Below, one piece after another: positions 22,098-50,800 of a stretch of DNA of 64,000 nucleotides. The translations under genes and the position numbers were made by a program. The notes beneath the pieces were generated by a model, which saw nothing but the letters and a program-made list of their open reading frames with translations, was not told the DNA's origin and did no database searches. Within the stretch, counting starts at the first letter, position 1. Each line of letters opens with the position of its first letter. Source of the DNA: Paragordius varius (Eukaryota; Animalia; Nematomorpha); contig OZ176058.1 in NCBI GenBank assembly GCA_964247055.1, positions 2,294,001 through 2,358,000 of the forward strand. Reading direction: 5' to 3'.

Positions 22098-25000
22098 ATG
22101 AACGAAGAAATACATCATTTGAATGCTGAAGAATATCAAATTTTAAATAATGTTGAAACATTTCAAACATCTCCGTCTCTTATAGATCGAGTAATAATAC
22201 CTAATTTATAAATGTTTTAAACCCAAATTTTAACAATGTAAAACAAAAAAACCAAAATATTATATTTGTTAATAATATCGCTATTATTTGTTAAAATTTA
22301 CATTTATTGAATACATTTTAGACACGATATATAAAATTTTTTAAATAGCCTAATTACATAAAATTTAATAATTTTTTTTTAATTTCAAAAACCAATTTTT
22401 GTTATCCAAATCAACTCTATCAGATATCAGTTAATAATGAAGAAGGAGAAATATTATCCGATTTAGAAGATGATAGCTTACATTCTACACATATTCCCTC
22501 CAATAATATAGTTGATACATCAATATCTAAAGTTTGATATTTCTTTTATTTTTTTTATTGAAAGAATTTATTTCTATATTAATTTATTTTATGTTTGATC
22601 CTGTTTTAATTAGATAATTTTTTTATCTGGTATTTATACTTTTTTCAAACTAATACCACTATTTTTGAGACCAAATACTTATGCACCTAAATTAAAATTT
22701 TAATGCGAACTTTAAAATATCTCCACTTTCTAAATAAAAATTTTCTTAGTTCCATATAAAACCTCAAAATTATTTTTTTAAAAATACTTAGATATGGATG
22801 AAACTCGACTAATTAAACATCTGAATTTTTGATACTTTTGACGATATTAAATGTGATATTTATTTCTGTACATAGAGTTACAATATGGTTATTATTATAA
22901 GATTATGTTTTAGTATTAGCATCCACATTGTAATTCCAATACAATATATCGTAGTAAACTTTCTTTACGACTTAAGAGATATTTTAATTTAGATTCTTTA
23001 AAGTTTTTAAATTTTTTTAACATTTAACTTTTGAAATTAAAATCCTAAATTTTGTTTCCCCTCCAAAAAACTAATAAATTTAAAGGAAGAAAAGGGTACA
23101 GAAGGATCTTATAAATCATCTGTGAAGAATCCCGTAAATGAAAAAACAGCTGCTAATTGCAGTCAGTCTGATGTTGAAGCAGACGGACAAGATGGCGCCT
23201 TGGAGGAAGGTGAACTTTCAGACACACCTGTTGGCGACGAAGCCTCCGCTAAAAGCAACATCTGTCGATACTTTTCACGGTTTGGTTCCTGTAACCGTGG
23301 CAACCAATGCAAATTTTTGCACATTCACCCTTCTTCCAATACCAATCAAGTAAATAATGTATTTATTAAAAATCGGTAAAAAAACTAAAATAAACATTTG
23401 GTTTTTTAACCATATATTTTAAATCTTGTTTTTTTTAATTTTACTTTTTTATATTGGATCTCAAGATAACGATTTTTAAGATGTTTATATTATTTACATA
23501 CTCAAATGCTTATTTCACATAATCATAATTGATAAAAAGTTTTAATGTTTAAAAATACAATATTGGAAAATTATAAATGGACAAAAACGCAAAAACTAAA
23601 GCTGATAAGTTGATTTTTTAAACAATTATCTATCATGTATTATATTTATATATTAAATAATGTTCGTTTTTTGGTTTCAAAATAAGGAATATAACGATTA
23701 ATTACACACTCAATTATATTTTATACAATTGTAATCATAAAGGCTATTATAAAAATTTGAATGTTTTAAAAAGAAAGGACAATAAAAATATTTGTCTTTT
23801 AGTTTTTACGTTTTGTCTGTTTAAATACAATCGTTACAGTAATTAATACTAATGTGGCTTTTGGTTAATTAACTAAATTGTGAAAATTTAATTTAAATAT
23901 CTCATGCTTAAATAAAATTAGGAATAAAATAACTTTCTTATTTTTATAAAATAATTTTATTGCGCATTAAAATAGCATTTATTCAATCTTGTTATAGAAT
24001 CATCCTGGCCGAATTATAATTACCAGTAATAGCAAAAGTACCCTATTAAATAATACACCTGTTGTTGTCACCTCATGTTGCGTACGTGACTTAAACACAG
24101 CTGTTGACACGGTTGCCGGGGGCAACGTCCTTGAATGCAACCAAAATAATGGTGTAATCACGGTTGCCGATAGCAACGCCGTTGAAAGCAGCAATAAAGG
24201 TGGTCTGGAGACACCCCAAAATAGCGATGATAAAGGAAAAGGAGAAAGTTTAATAAATATCACAACAAGAGGAGGAGCTGCTTCGGCATGGGAACGTGGA
24301 TTGGCCCAAGCCAAAAAACTAAATAGTGCTAAACGCCAAGCAGTATCAGCTGACGTTGCTATGACAACCACCACAGCTGATGTTTTAGCTCGCAAAGAAG
24401 AACGTGATTACCATGGTAACCACCAGGAGGTGGGGCGAACGAAATTACCACCAACGAGATACAGACAACTGTTGGATCACAAGGAAGGAGATGGTGATGA
24501 CGAAAGGGAATTTAGTCTGCATCCACCCTACTCGCATTTTGGGCGAAACTACGCCCCTCCATTTATTTTACCGCCACCCAGACACCCAGGGGTCATGAGG
24601 GGTCCTGGACCGCCCCCTTACTATTATCCACCACCACCACGACCAGGCAATTGGGGTCATCCCCCTCCCTTATATCCTCCACCTCACCATAGGTTAGTCA
24701 CATATATAAATTTTTGTTGTTATTTAACAGAGGATGTTTGATATTGATCATAATATGTTTTGTGCAAAAAAACACTAATTAAAAAAACCTTTTGCGTAAA
24801 AAATTTATATTCCTTAAATTTATTTATTTCCAAAGTATGACATAGTAATTAGAAATAAAATAGGATTTTTTTTATTTTTTTTAACTAAACACTATGTATA
24901 AGAGCTTTTGACCCTCAACCCAATATTAATTGGTACAGTCATGTATGTTTAGAATTGTCAAACATACGTATATAATTGATTTTACTATAATGTCAACTTT

Positions 25001-25811
25001 TAAGATGCGCATTTTTAAGCCTTATAAAAATAATAGCCTATTTATCGTAAATTAAAAACAAAGTAAAATCAATTAAAAACGTATGTTTGACAATTCTAAA
25101 CATACATGACTGTATATAATTTAGTCGTAATTTAATTTATTTATCTATACAAAATTAATCCAATTTTATTCAATTAAAAATTCAATCCACTAATATATAA
25201 TATAATGTACATGTGCACGTGCCTATTTAGACGGACATTCACTGGACCATATGATACATATGTTCCACCACCACCACCTCCACTCCTATCTAATAATTAT
25301 TATCCTGATATTTATCTCGACATGGTGGAGGGAAAAGAGGGGGGTAGGGAATCGCCCATTTTGGTGCACCACCCACCAGCTGGCGTTGATTTGAGGGATC
25401 ATTTGGTTTGGAGACGAAGGAGGAGACGTTGCTTCAATGACAATGCTGTGCCAGAGGAGGAAACAGCTGACCCAAAAGCAGCTGATGCCGTCACAGATCA
25501 GCTGAGTTATCTATCATCGACTCCATCATCATCTGATGATGATGATAAATTTCTAACAGTAAGGATTTAGTTTATAAAAACTAAACGAAATTGAATAAAT
25601 TCTAGAAGAACAGGGGGAGGGGAGGATCCAACACACGGCCCTCTGATATATTGTGTGCGGCCCGTGAAACATTTGGAATATCATAATTTGCAAAAATATG
25701 CTCACAAAATCTTATCAAAACCATTTTTTTTACAAATTTGACATACTCTATATAATTGGCAAAAAACTAAAAAATGTTATATCGTGATTGCATTTTACAG
25801 TCTTATCTTAT

Positions 25812-25867
<56 letters not shown>

Positions 25868-28800
25868 TAGTCATTTTTTAATGCGTTTTTTTTGGATTTT
25901 TTAAAAGTAAAAAATGCGGCCCTCGAATGTATTTATTAAACAAAATTTGTGTGTTGCTTTTTATGTTAAACTTTATTGTTGTATTTATACAATATAGAAA
26001 ACAAGAAATTCATCACACGATAACTCAAAACTACCCCAAACAACCGATGATCAATGTATGTATAGTTTTGTTATATTTTAAATTATGTTTATATATTTTT
26101 TAATGATTAATAAAAACCCATATATTAGGCGTTTTTAATTGCTAATACTTGTTTAAATTTTTTTCTAAATAGGTTAGTTTTGTGCAACCAATTTTTTAAG
26201 AGAAAAATTCATAATACTTTTATTTTTAACATTTATAATAACTATAAAAAATAATATGTGATTAAATTCAAACATAAAAATTTAATAAAGTTTAAGTTGT
26301 ATAAAGTTATTTGTTTACGCAAGAGGCACAAGTTGTTTTTGTTACAAAAGGCGATACATGAAATTTTCCAAGAAACTCAAAACGATTGATACTGATGATG
26401 ATAATAAAAATTTTTTGTAATTTTAATTTGATTTTACAAGCAAATATTTTGGTTAAATATCGACACATGTATTATATTATGAGCTAAAACTACTTATTGT
26501 GATATATATATACATAATAAAATTGTGGTTTTTTAACGAACTTTTTATTTTCAATATTTTTTTAGTTATTTGCGATTAAAAAATCTATTATTTTAACACT
26601 TAAATTTTTATAGCTGTTGGGAAAAGAAATAAACCAGATGATGAGTGGCATGACCCTTGGGCACGTGATAGAGGAACGAAAAGTACTTTTTATTTAATTA
26701 ACAAAAATTATATTATTTAATTACATTTTCAGGCTGTTGAAACATTTTTTGATGCAACACTTTTTTATTCAGTTCAACATTAATATTATTTACTATAACT
26801 TTCATTCAGTTTTGATTTCAAATACCTAATGTAGTTTTAAATTTTCGTATAATGTGTTAAACTTTTTTAAATATAAAAAAAATATTGCAGTAGACCTCAT
26901 TCATAGTGACTCCGATTGTCAAAAAAATACATAGTTTAATATCCGCATCCTGACCTTTGATTGAATATATATAAATTTTTATTATTTAGCCTCTATAATT
27001 TATTAATACATAATTCTTTTCTTTGCTTTTTTTGTTTATTATGAGTTATCCAAAGTACCTGAAATTAGTAGGTTTGTATGAATGTATAATCGCAAACGGT
27101 GATACCTTAAAAAGAATACATTTTAGGGGTTATTTTTAAAAGCTCATTGCAAGAAAAGGGATTTTTAGGGGTGTATGTAAGGTGTGGTGTTTGTTAGTTT
27201 CTTTTATGTTGCCATTGTGAGCTATGGACGATTTTTAAATACTTTATTTGATCTTGATTGTAGATTTTATTAAAAGTAAGATTAAATTTATTACCACACA
27301 TCTCTTTATGCCAAATTTTATACAATTATAAATATGAGTTTTACCTGAATTAAGTATTTCTTTTGGATGTCATTTAAGTTTTCATTCTATTGTTTTAGCA
27401 AATAGAGTCACACATCAACGGAGATATTTTGAATCTGCAGAAATTATCCAGAATGATGAATTAAATAATTCCTTCGATCGAGTTAATGAAAGTAAAAACC
27501 GCAAAAATGTTGAAAAGCAATTTTTTTCAACTGATAAAAGTGGCAGACGATATCAACAACACGATACGGCATTATCGTCTGACTACTATAACTATCATTA
27601 TTCAAATTATTCTCGTTATCCAGCATCTCACCATGACAGGTTAGCTTAATGAATTTATTAATCAATAAATTAACTATATAAATATGTAATAAATTAATGT
27701 GTTTTATTTTTGGGAAATCCAAAATTTGATTTGGTTTTTATTTATTAATAATGCGGAAGTCGCTAAATCATATTGGTATAAAATTATATTGTCTTTAAAT
27801 ATTTCAATATATTTGGTGTATTATTTTTCCCGATTAATTTTTTTATATCGGCATTATATTAAATGATGAATTTATGTTATAACTAAGATTAGTTTTTGTT
27901 TATTGGTTAAGTTTTAAGATGAATAGTTAAATTCAATGTGAAATCAATTAAGTTGTAACAGAAAATTAAAATCTAAATTTATATTGCATAATTGCGTGAT
28001 ATCATCTAAATGTTCGTTGAAAAATTCTTAAATTCTTTTTAAATCTTATAAAAAATGTCCAATATTAAATTCTTTTTCCCATAGATCTCATCATCAATAC
28101 GACTCCACTTTTGAGACTAACAGCACGCGGAATGATATTTTATCCCATACTAACAGCAACAAACGTATAAAATCAGCTGTTGTTCGTGCCACCAATATTC
28201 ATAAAGAAAATTCTGATGACAATTTTTTACAAGATAACAAGAGGAGTTATTCGAAAAAACGAAACAAAAGTTCAAGTGTTAGTTCAAATTCGTCAAATAC
28301 CACTTCACAAACATCCACTAGGTCGTCATCTTCATCTACTACCTCCTCGAGTTGTTCTGAAAAAAGTTCTGCAAAATCTACCATAAATACAGTAAAATTT
28401 CAATATGTATTAATATGAATGTGAAAATGCTTTTTAAAGGCCATATAATTATTATAAAAGAAAATTCAATAAAATAATTATAATATTTATTTTTTGTGCC
28501 GAAAACTTTATCAAATATATATTTATATATAATAATATAGTAAATGCATTATTGGATGCAAAAATTATAAAAAGTTTAAAGAGTCGTCCTTTTAAAAACT
28601 AAATTATTATTTATAGTTACTCATTGTGTGCAAGACACCTTTATTAAGGTGTAAAATGGTTATTATACAATTCTTTTCTTTACGCTTTATTAAAAAATTA
28701 AAGATTAAATATACCTATTACTGTAATATATTTTCAAAGTAACTATTAGATAAAATGATATTTTTTACATTTATGTGCATTCATTATTAAAATTTACTAT

Positions 28801-31539
28801 ATTTACCCTTTGTATTTATTTCACTATAGACTCAAAACGAAAAATACGCCCCCTGCTCAGCTGATCATGATGCTATTTCTAGTGGTTCAGCTACAAGCAA
28901 TAGTTCAAACAGTACTACAAAATCTTCACCTGATCACATCAATTCTTTAGATAATAAAAGTCAAAAGTCATTTAAACTAGATAATCTTAGAAAGCCTAAA
29001 ACAAATGAGAAAACTGATGTTTTAAACATTAAAAGTGCCCTACCTGTTCAGAAAAATGTTAATGAATCAAAATCTATATATTTTGGTGCTAATAAGAAAG
29101 AGAAGGAAATGTCAGATATTTCATCCGATAACCAATTTTCTGATGCTGAAACCAATTCAAAAAGCCACCACCCCACACAAAAAATGCATAAAACGAAAGA
29201 TTTGAACCAAAAAGATATAAAGTATATACTTTTTTATGTTTTTTATACATTTTTAATGTGATAATCTTTGTTGAAATTTTTGGAGGAATAAATTGATATA
29301 TTCAATATAAATTATAAAACAGATAAAATCTTTTGGTTTAATGACTATAAAATATTTAATCAACAGTTTTTAATATAAATTACGGGATATTTTAAATTTT
29401 TAACATGAATATTTAAAACTTTGTGATATTTATTGCAGAAATGTTGATGTCCCATTAATACAATCTAAAGTAGGTATGAAACATGTTTCTGAATCGGATT
29501 TGGAAAGGTTTATACAATTTTGTTTTATTTATTATTAATACATGATGAGTCATTATCCGCATCTTGAGTTTTCAAAAAAAATATTTATCCTTAGTTTTTT
29601 TAAATTAATTAATAAATTTTACTCACAAATTAATATATATATCTAATAATTAATATAAATCTACTGATATTTGAAAAACAGTAATTACATGAGTAAACTT
29701 AACTAGTATAATAAAGTTGAAGCTTTATATTAAAATTCTAAAAGTCAATAAATAATGTTTAGAATAAGTTTATTATAGTTATATGCCCTTCTATATTAAA
29801 AGTTTACTGTACATGAAAAATAAATCAAACTAACCCCTAATAATGTGGTTTTTATAATAACTTTTTTTAAATGTTTCGTATATATTATTGTTAAACAGTT
29901 TATAGGATTTTTTTATATTATTATTTGCAGACATTTATTGTGTGCGAGAAAAAACTAAATTTATTTATTTGATATTTATCAATAGATGTTTAAATTTATT
30001 TTTTCTTGCCTTTCATAGTATATCCTCAGATGATTCGTTAGAAAATGAATCTTTCAGCGATAAAAATGCTCCAAAGAAAGCTAATAAACACCATTTACCT
30101 TTAATCGGTAAAATTACATTTTAATAGTTTTTATTTTAATAATCAATTTTAACTTCAAATTCACCCTTAAACATATCAAATTTATTTCAAACAATTTAAA
30201 TGCATTCTAAATTTAAGAATCAATATTACCTATACTTTTATATATTTTTAAAAAATGAAATTTTGTTTGTTATCTAAATATTACTGAAAAAATAAACGAA
30301 GCCATAAAAATATATTTCGTATTAATGATGAGTTATATTAGCCCGAAAACACATAATTTATTATTAGGGGGAATTTGAATTGTTTAATTTAAAATGTAAA
30401 TGGTATATTAATCAATTATATTGATTCACTTATTTAATTTATAATGTACGAATTAAAATTATACGACAAATATAAAAATTAAAAGACAAATATTTTTTTA
30501 TAGCAACATTAATACTTTTAAAGCCTTGATTTTCCCACAATTTATATAAAGTGGAATTATAGAATCGTTGTAATAATAATTTTTATCTTAATTTCCTTGT
30601 AGCAAAATTTAATTTAGATTTATAAAAAAATCAAGGTTTAAAAAGTATAAAATATATATTTTGCCTGTCAAATTTTATATTTTGCTGTATATTTTTATAT
30701 TACATTTATTTATTCTTAGATAAAGAAAATGTCAAATCCTCCATCATTCAAAAAAAGAAACAAAATAGCAATTATGACAACACAATTAACGTTAAACAAT
30801 CGAAAAGATATTCCAGTGATAAAAACGAACAAGAAACTAAATTTAACAAGGAGAATGGATCTAAAACAATAAAAAAGGTATGTAAAATTAATTAGTACAA
30901 ACAAATTAAATCATTTCTATCAACTCAAAATTATATATATAGATTATTTTTACATGAAAATGTGCGTTTTAAATATTATTTATGAATGAAAAAATTTTGC
31001 TGTAATAATAAAAACTGTTGTCTTTGGTTGAAAAAGCATAATTTTATGAAAAAATAGTTATTTGGGAATGGTAAGATAAAAGCTGTGGTTCTATTATACA
31101 AAAATGTTTTTAATGGAAAATGCGTTTTTAGAACAAAAATGGCATATATAAACGAAACGAGGAAATTTAAATTAATACATTAAATATGACATACATAATG
31201 CCCAACATAAATGGTTTCGCGGATCGTATTATTACATTTTTTCATACATATGACTGTAAAATGTCCATACACAATATAACAATTTTTTCTAGTTCCCTCA
31301 AAATGGATATAGAATTATTTTAAAAAATTGTTTGAGGGTAAAATTGAATTGTAAATGGTATATTTTAAAACAATATATTTATATTAATGTTTTAATTTTT
31401 ATTACAGAATATATCACCAAGTGGTGTTGCAAACATCATATCCTCCAAAAACAGCAATGATAAAAATGCTCGCCGTGAACAATTGTTAAAAGAACTGAAA
31501 GAAGTTGAAATGGCTATTGCGAAAAAACTTGGAAAATAA
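22098..31539 (+). CDS. ZC3H18: Zinc finger CCCH domain-containing protein 18-like, 1000 aa
   Basis: Phase-consistent exons 22098-22190, 22424-22531, 23086-23349, 23998-24692, 25231-25558, 25998-26055, 26614-26682, 27399-27639, 28085-28391, 28830-29221, 29439-29507, 30019-30107, 30720-30877, 31408-31539 (3003 nt). LEEGEL, CCCH finger CRYFSRFGSCNRGNQCKFLH, SAWERGLAQAK, DEWHDPWAR, C-terminal RREQLLKELKEVEMAIAKK. In-frame stop just upstream of the ATG. Confidence 0.87.
24936..25112. mobile_element. 177-bp Tc1/mariner-type MITE
   Basis: TA|CAGTCATGTATGTTTAGAATTGTCAAACATACG ... CGTATGTTTGACAATTCTAAACATACATGACTG|TA, a perfect TIR of more than 30 bp. Confidence 0.88.
25610..25930. mobile_element. 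Possible hAT MITE remnant
   Basis: CAGGGG...CCAACACACGGCCC and TGCGGCCC motifs resemble hAT subterminal motifs and the element at 63278; ends not resolved. Confidence 0.35.
30130..30410. mobile_element. TATACCATTT MITE family copy
   Basis: TTCAAATTCACCCTTAAACA start, shared internal block, TGTAAATGGTATA end. Confidence 0.7.
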
Positions 31540-32807
31540 ATTTTTACAAAGTTTATTTTTTTTTTTTTTTCAAATAATTTTTAATTAGTTTTGAAGGTTT
31601 ATAATGACATATTTTATATATATTATTTATATTTTTTGCAAAATATTTGGAATATGTAAAATATATGAAAATATTGAGTTATATATATATGCCAAGCATG
31701 TAAACTAATTTTCAGATATTAGTATAATAAATTTATTAATTCTCTTTATTTAAAATTTTTTGACATTTTTACTTTGATTTAAATAATAATAATGATATTT
31801 TATTGAGAATGATTAGATTATACTGATTATAACCATACTTATTATTGTTACATTCTTACCTTTGATTTATGTAAATTTCCTTTATTTATATACAATAAAT
31901 AATATAAAAAATATAAATTTACCTATTTTTTATTAAATTTCATGTGTTGATGATAAGTTATTAATAGTTTCAAAAATATAGATATAATATTACAAGATAT
32001 ATAATTTAATTTTTTTTGGTAAAAAACTGAATAATAATTTTTTAAAATTTTTATTATGGAAAAAATTGCAAAAATACACATTAATTTTTACAGTTGTGTA
32101 ATAAAAAATTTTAAAAAATATTTTAAAACTATAAACAACCGAAACTAATTATTTTATAATTTTTGTTAATTAAGTTGATCAGCTATAAAAATTTGATTAA
32201 TAATACATGTAATTATTATAATTGTAAACTCTCCAAAATGAATAATTAATAAATTTTTTGGTATTTTAAAAATATTTGAATATAAATTTGCGCTTTTTAA
32301 CCTTTTAAATATAATAAAAATCAAACAAACTAAATTCAGTTATTTCAATTTCTGAATATCCGTATATATTTTGAATATATAAATTTATTATTATTTAATA
32401 CATTTATATATATGGACAATGAATTTTTTGTATCAATAATTACAAATAATAAAACAATAATAATATTTTTTGAAAATACTGAAAAATAAATTATATAATG
32501 ATGAGTTTTGGGCATAAATTTTTTCATACAAGGAATGCTCTAAGGTTTTTTTGATAATTATAATTAAAATTAATGATCGATTTGGTAATTTATAAATTAA
32601 ATATACATATTAAGAATGATAAAAAAATAAATTAATTAAAATATCATTGATTAATGACTAATTTAGTGTTGGGAAACAATTATTTATAATTTTTTTCTTT
32701 TCTCAAGCATTTAAAATTAAATTTTGAATTAAAATCAAATAAAATAAAGCCAAAAGCACTTATAAGATTTTATTACGTAAAAATTAAAATCAGGTGTTTT
32801 CGTGCGG

Positions 32808-46703
<13,896 letters not shown>

Positions 46704-46867
46704 TTGACAATAAAAATATTTTGACTAAAACAGACGATACAGATCGATCGTCGTATCAATAAACATGTGTTGTTGCGAATGCAATTATATTTTATTTTTC
46801 AAATTTATATATTAGGATTAAAATATATAAATAACTAACGTTAATATTAATATATTTATGTTAAAAC

Positions 46868-47376
46868 TTGGATAAAACACATTCATTTTAGTCCTTCGAT
46901 TTAAATTGGGTTAGTTAAGCACCCCAGGCCTGTTTAAAATTAAATTCTTTATAAAAAATATGGAAGAAATCGTAACCATGTCAAAATTTTGCACTTATAT
47001 AACATAATAAACCGTAATAAATAAAATTTTTTATCCAAAACACCATATTATTTATTTTAAGCTAAAACCGAAAGGTATAAATTAGTCAATGTGCAATGGT
47101 AAAATTGAAAAATAAAAAAAATGAACCGCTTTCTCTATTTCTATTAATAGATGTAATATTAATAAAAAGGTAGCTCTAATTGTACCCTTAATCGAAATAG
47201 TTTGACATACTTTTTTTCAAAACAAAATTTTATTTAGATATTTTGGCATATTTATACAATTTTTTTTAGGATAGAAGCATAAATTTAGATTAGGACCGGT
47301 TCCTTCAGTAGTTTATAAAAATCCTAAATAAAATTTAGTTTGGGGTATTTATATACCCTAATTTGAATTCGAACTG
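46868..47376. mobile_element. GATACCCC (Helentron-like) repeat immediately upstream of Rab2
   Basis: TTGGATAAAACACATTCATTTTAGTCCTTCGATT left end and GGGGTATTTATATACCC...GAACTGTT right end. Confidence 0.78.
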
Positions 47377-47847
47377 TTAAACAAGTCTAAATTACCAAAA
47401 TCCAAAGCAGTTTATTTTGTACAAATTTAAATTTTTAAATATATTTAATAGAATTATTTTTATGCATAGAAAAATGTTATTAAAACTACTTATTATATCC
47501 ATATATAACCGATTATAAATAAGGTAGAGCATGGAAAAAAATTGGCAAGATTTTTCAATATTTTATAATTATATTATAATAAATTTATTTTTGAAACATC
47601 ATGTTTTTATATATAGGCTTGCAATCCGACAATTTTAGTGTGCCATTAAACAAACCTAAAAAGCGGCTCCAGATTAAATAATGCTTCTAAATTAATTTAT
47701 ATTGAGTTAAATTATGATTATAAAACTTGTATTAAAAAGGTTCTATCTATCAATGCGAAACCATTTTTATCTTATATCAACCGTTATTGGGTTCTACAAC
47801 GAAAAAGTGAAATCTTTATTATGACATTTACTATGATATAAACAGAT

Positions 47848-50800
47848 ATGGATTTGCATTGTATTATCCCATATACTCATGGCATATTATGTAATTTTTG
47901 CCTCCATTTCTATCCAAAAAAGTAAAATCATATTTTACATAAATTTTTTTATATTAAGTAATAATGTTGAGGCGCATTAAATATTATCAATACGTTTCAT
48001 AATTTATATTTTTTCCTTAAACACACCTGGGCTTCTCAACAGTCCTGTATTTTAATTTCTCGGGCATGTAGACAAATACAATGACTTTTGGGGTAGTTTA
48101 TCCAGGAGCGATTTAAATTTGAATATCAGCATAGAGTATTAGGCCGAATCCAAAAATATGCTTTTTTAGGCTTTTCGCCTAATACAAAAAAACATTTTAA
48201 AAATAATTTTAAATTATAAAAAAATATTTTTTAAATCGTTAATACAATTGACTGACAAATAATTGTATATTAATGTTAGAAAATGATAATTAACCTTAGT
48301 AAGTTTTCAGGATGCATTTTATCAGCAAAATTTGATATTTATAGCTTTTTAATTCGGCTGTTTATCGTGTTTTTAAGCCCATTTTTGGACTATAGAAGTA
48401 TATAAATTGGCATTTTGTAAATAATAATGTTTGATCGAGCTCTGAATAGAAAACTACCACATGATGTAATCGTACAAATCAGTATGAAGGAAGTGTTTAT
48501 AACCTTTTGTGACATACCCTATAAGATTTTACATTAAAATTTTTGGAAAAATATTGTGAGCCAAAACGAAAATTCTATTTTATAGCTTTTAAAGCGCATT
48601 TTTCCTAAATCCTATTTAGTGGCAATCTATTATCAAACATTTTGCCATTAAATCCTGTATCTTTGAATAACCCATAATTTAAAAATATATTCAATTTGCT
48701 TTTTATTCACAAAAGATCAAAGTTGGATGTAATTTAAAAAGATGGACAGTATATATTATATCGTAGTAAAGTGTATAAATTTTAGTTTTAATATATACGA
48801 ATTTAAAAACTTTTGTTGAAACTTAAATTTAGGAATTTCACGAGCATTTTTGGTGAACACTTAAAACTTCGATTGGCGTATTTTATAAATTTTATTTAAA
48901 ATATTTTTTGTCGGTACCTAGAAATTTATGCATTAAGATCTACTATTAACTACTGTCCATAAAATAAAATGGGGTGAAAAAATTATTATATCATGCTATA
49001 ACAAAATAATAAATAGATTTAAATAACTATTTATATCTATTGGACGACCTCTGATCATCTCTAGTTGCCAATAATACTTATAAATTTTATTTTCTCGCAC
49101 AATAAAATATTTAAACATTTTATTATTCCTCCAAATTTACGGAGAGTCCCTAGTTTTTTGAAATAAATTTATTTATCGAACTTTTACCGTAACCATTGAA
49201 TCGCTTATAAAACCTTCTCATTTGTAAATACTATGCCACTTAATTAAAAGTATACAATAGTATTGGTGGAAACGAAATTTTGTTAATATTTAATTTTTTT
49301 AAAAAAACTGTTAGTATTCCCTCTAGAACACGTGTGTAAATACAATTTTCTTTGGGGCTGCCTTGATTTTTGGTTTTGAGCCAAATTTAGATGATATAAC
49401 TTCTGAATAATCGTTAATTTTTGATTGAAATCGACATCTTATTTATTAATATTTTTTAAAGCATTTTGTTAAACAACCCTTGCTCTAGATCAACTGAAAA
49501 TGCGCTTTCAATTTTGCGTTATTAAGAAAGTAGCCATCATTGGTTAATGTAAATCATTTAATCACTAGTTAACATATTTTCTTAATACCTCATGTTTTAA
49601 TTTTTCATAGCCCTTATTATTACATATTTTATTTATAGTTCCAGACTGATTATATGTTTAGTACACTTTAAATTTTTGGAAACTACAAAAGTTAGACAAT
49701 CTGTAAAACAGGTATTTGTTTAAATCAATCCTCATGTGATCAAGCTTTTTAGATCTATTCTTAAATAATATTGGTATATTAATGGAAATAGATTGAGGAA
49801 ACAATGTTTTCAAACTATATTTGTACAGTATTCGTACACTCTTTTAAAGTTTCAGTTGTGGCTTTAATATACTATAGGTTTGTTAACAGGAAAAACTCCT
49901 AGCTTTCCCTAACAAAACATAGGGCTAAATTTACTGTTACACCGGACTTAAATTTGACTCGTATGAGAAATCACCTGAAAGCTGAATCAAGAGCCTCCAT
50001 ATTCTTTTCCTATTATGAAGAGGGTTTTAAAATCTTTTAATCCAGAAAATTATTGTAGTAATCGTTTATTCTCAACTTTGGTGGAGCAATAATAGATCTC
50101 AGCCAAAGATATTTATGACATCGAAGCTGGCTTATTCTGTAAATACCTTAAAAGTTAATAGATTATTTTATATTATTAAAGTCATTTTAATATCAGACTT
50201 TAATCCATTTAATGTTAGCTTTTTTTCCGTTCTATATTCCGAGATTCAATTGCGTCGCCTTCGAATTTTTTAAAAATACGGAGCTAAAATGGGATTGGTT
50301 TGTTTAAATTAATATGATTCATTAACAGACCTTACTCATTTAAAAGTAGGAAAACATTTTATATATGTAAGTATATAGGTGAAATACCTCATTTAACATA
50401 TTGATCCGAGAAATAAATAGATGGCCCATTTTTAACTAAAATTATATAAAATTTAATTTCACTTTTTATACCTTTTGCTGGTTTGTTTTCATGGAGAGTT
50501 CGGTTTGTATTTAATATGCTTATTTTTTTGCGTTACTAGCTATAGTGTCTCGTAGATTTATTTAAACCCTGCAATATTTAAATATATTAGAGATTATATT
50601 TTTACTTTGCTAGAAGAAGTGCTATTAATTTTTATTTACGTTTAAATCAATTTTATTCATGTTTTTTGTTAGAAACTTAAGGGTAAATCCAATGTTTTTA
50701 TTAAACTAAAAAGTAAATCTTTCTTTAAAAAAGTTAGCATTGGAAACACTTACTTACTTTTTATTCTCCACCCTATATTTTTTACAGTTTTGTCTCTTCT

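Noticed and set aside
24000-24395. 131-aa minus-strand ORF
   Set aside because: Antisense of ZC3H18 exon 4.
6011-31539. ZRANB2-ZC3H18 fusion gene
   Set aside because: ZRANB2 has in-frame stops at 18267 and 18546, and ZC3H18 has its own ATG at 22098 with an in-frame TAA just upstream and no nearby acceptor.
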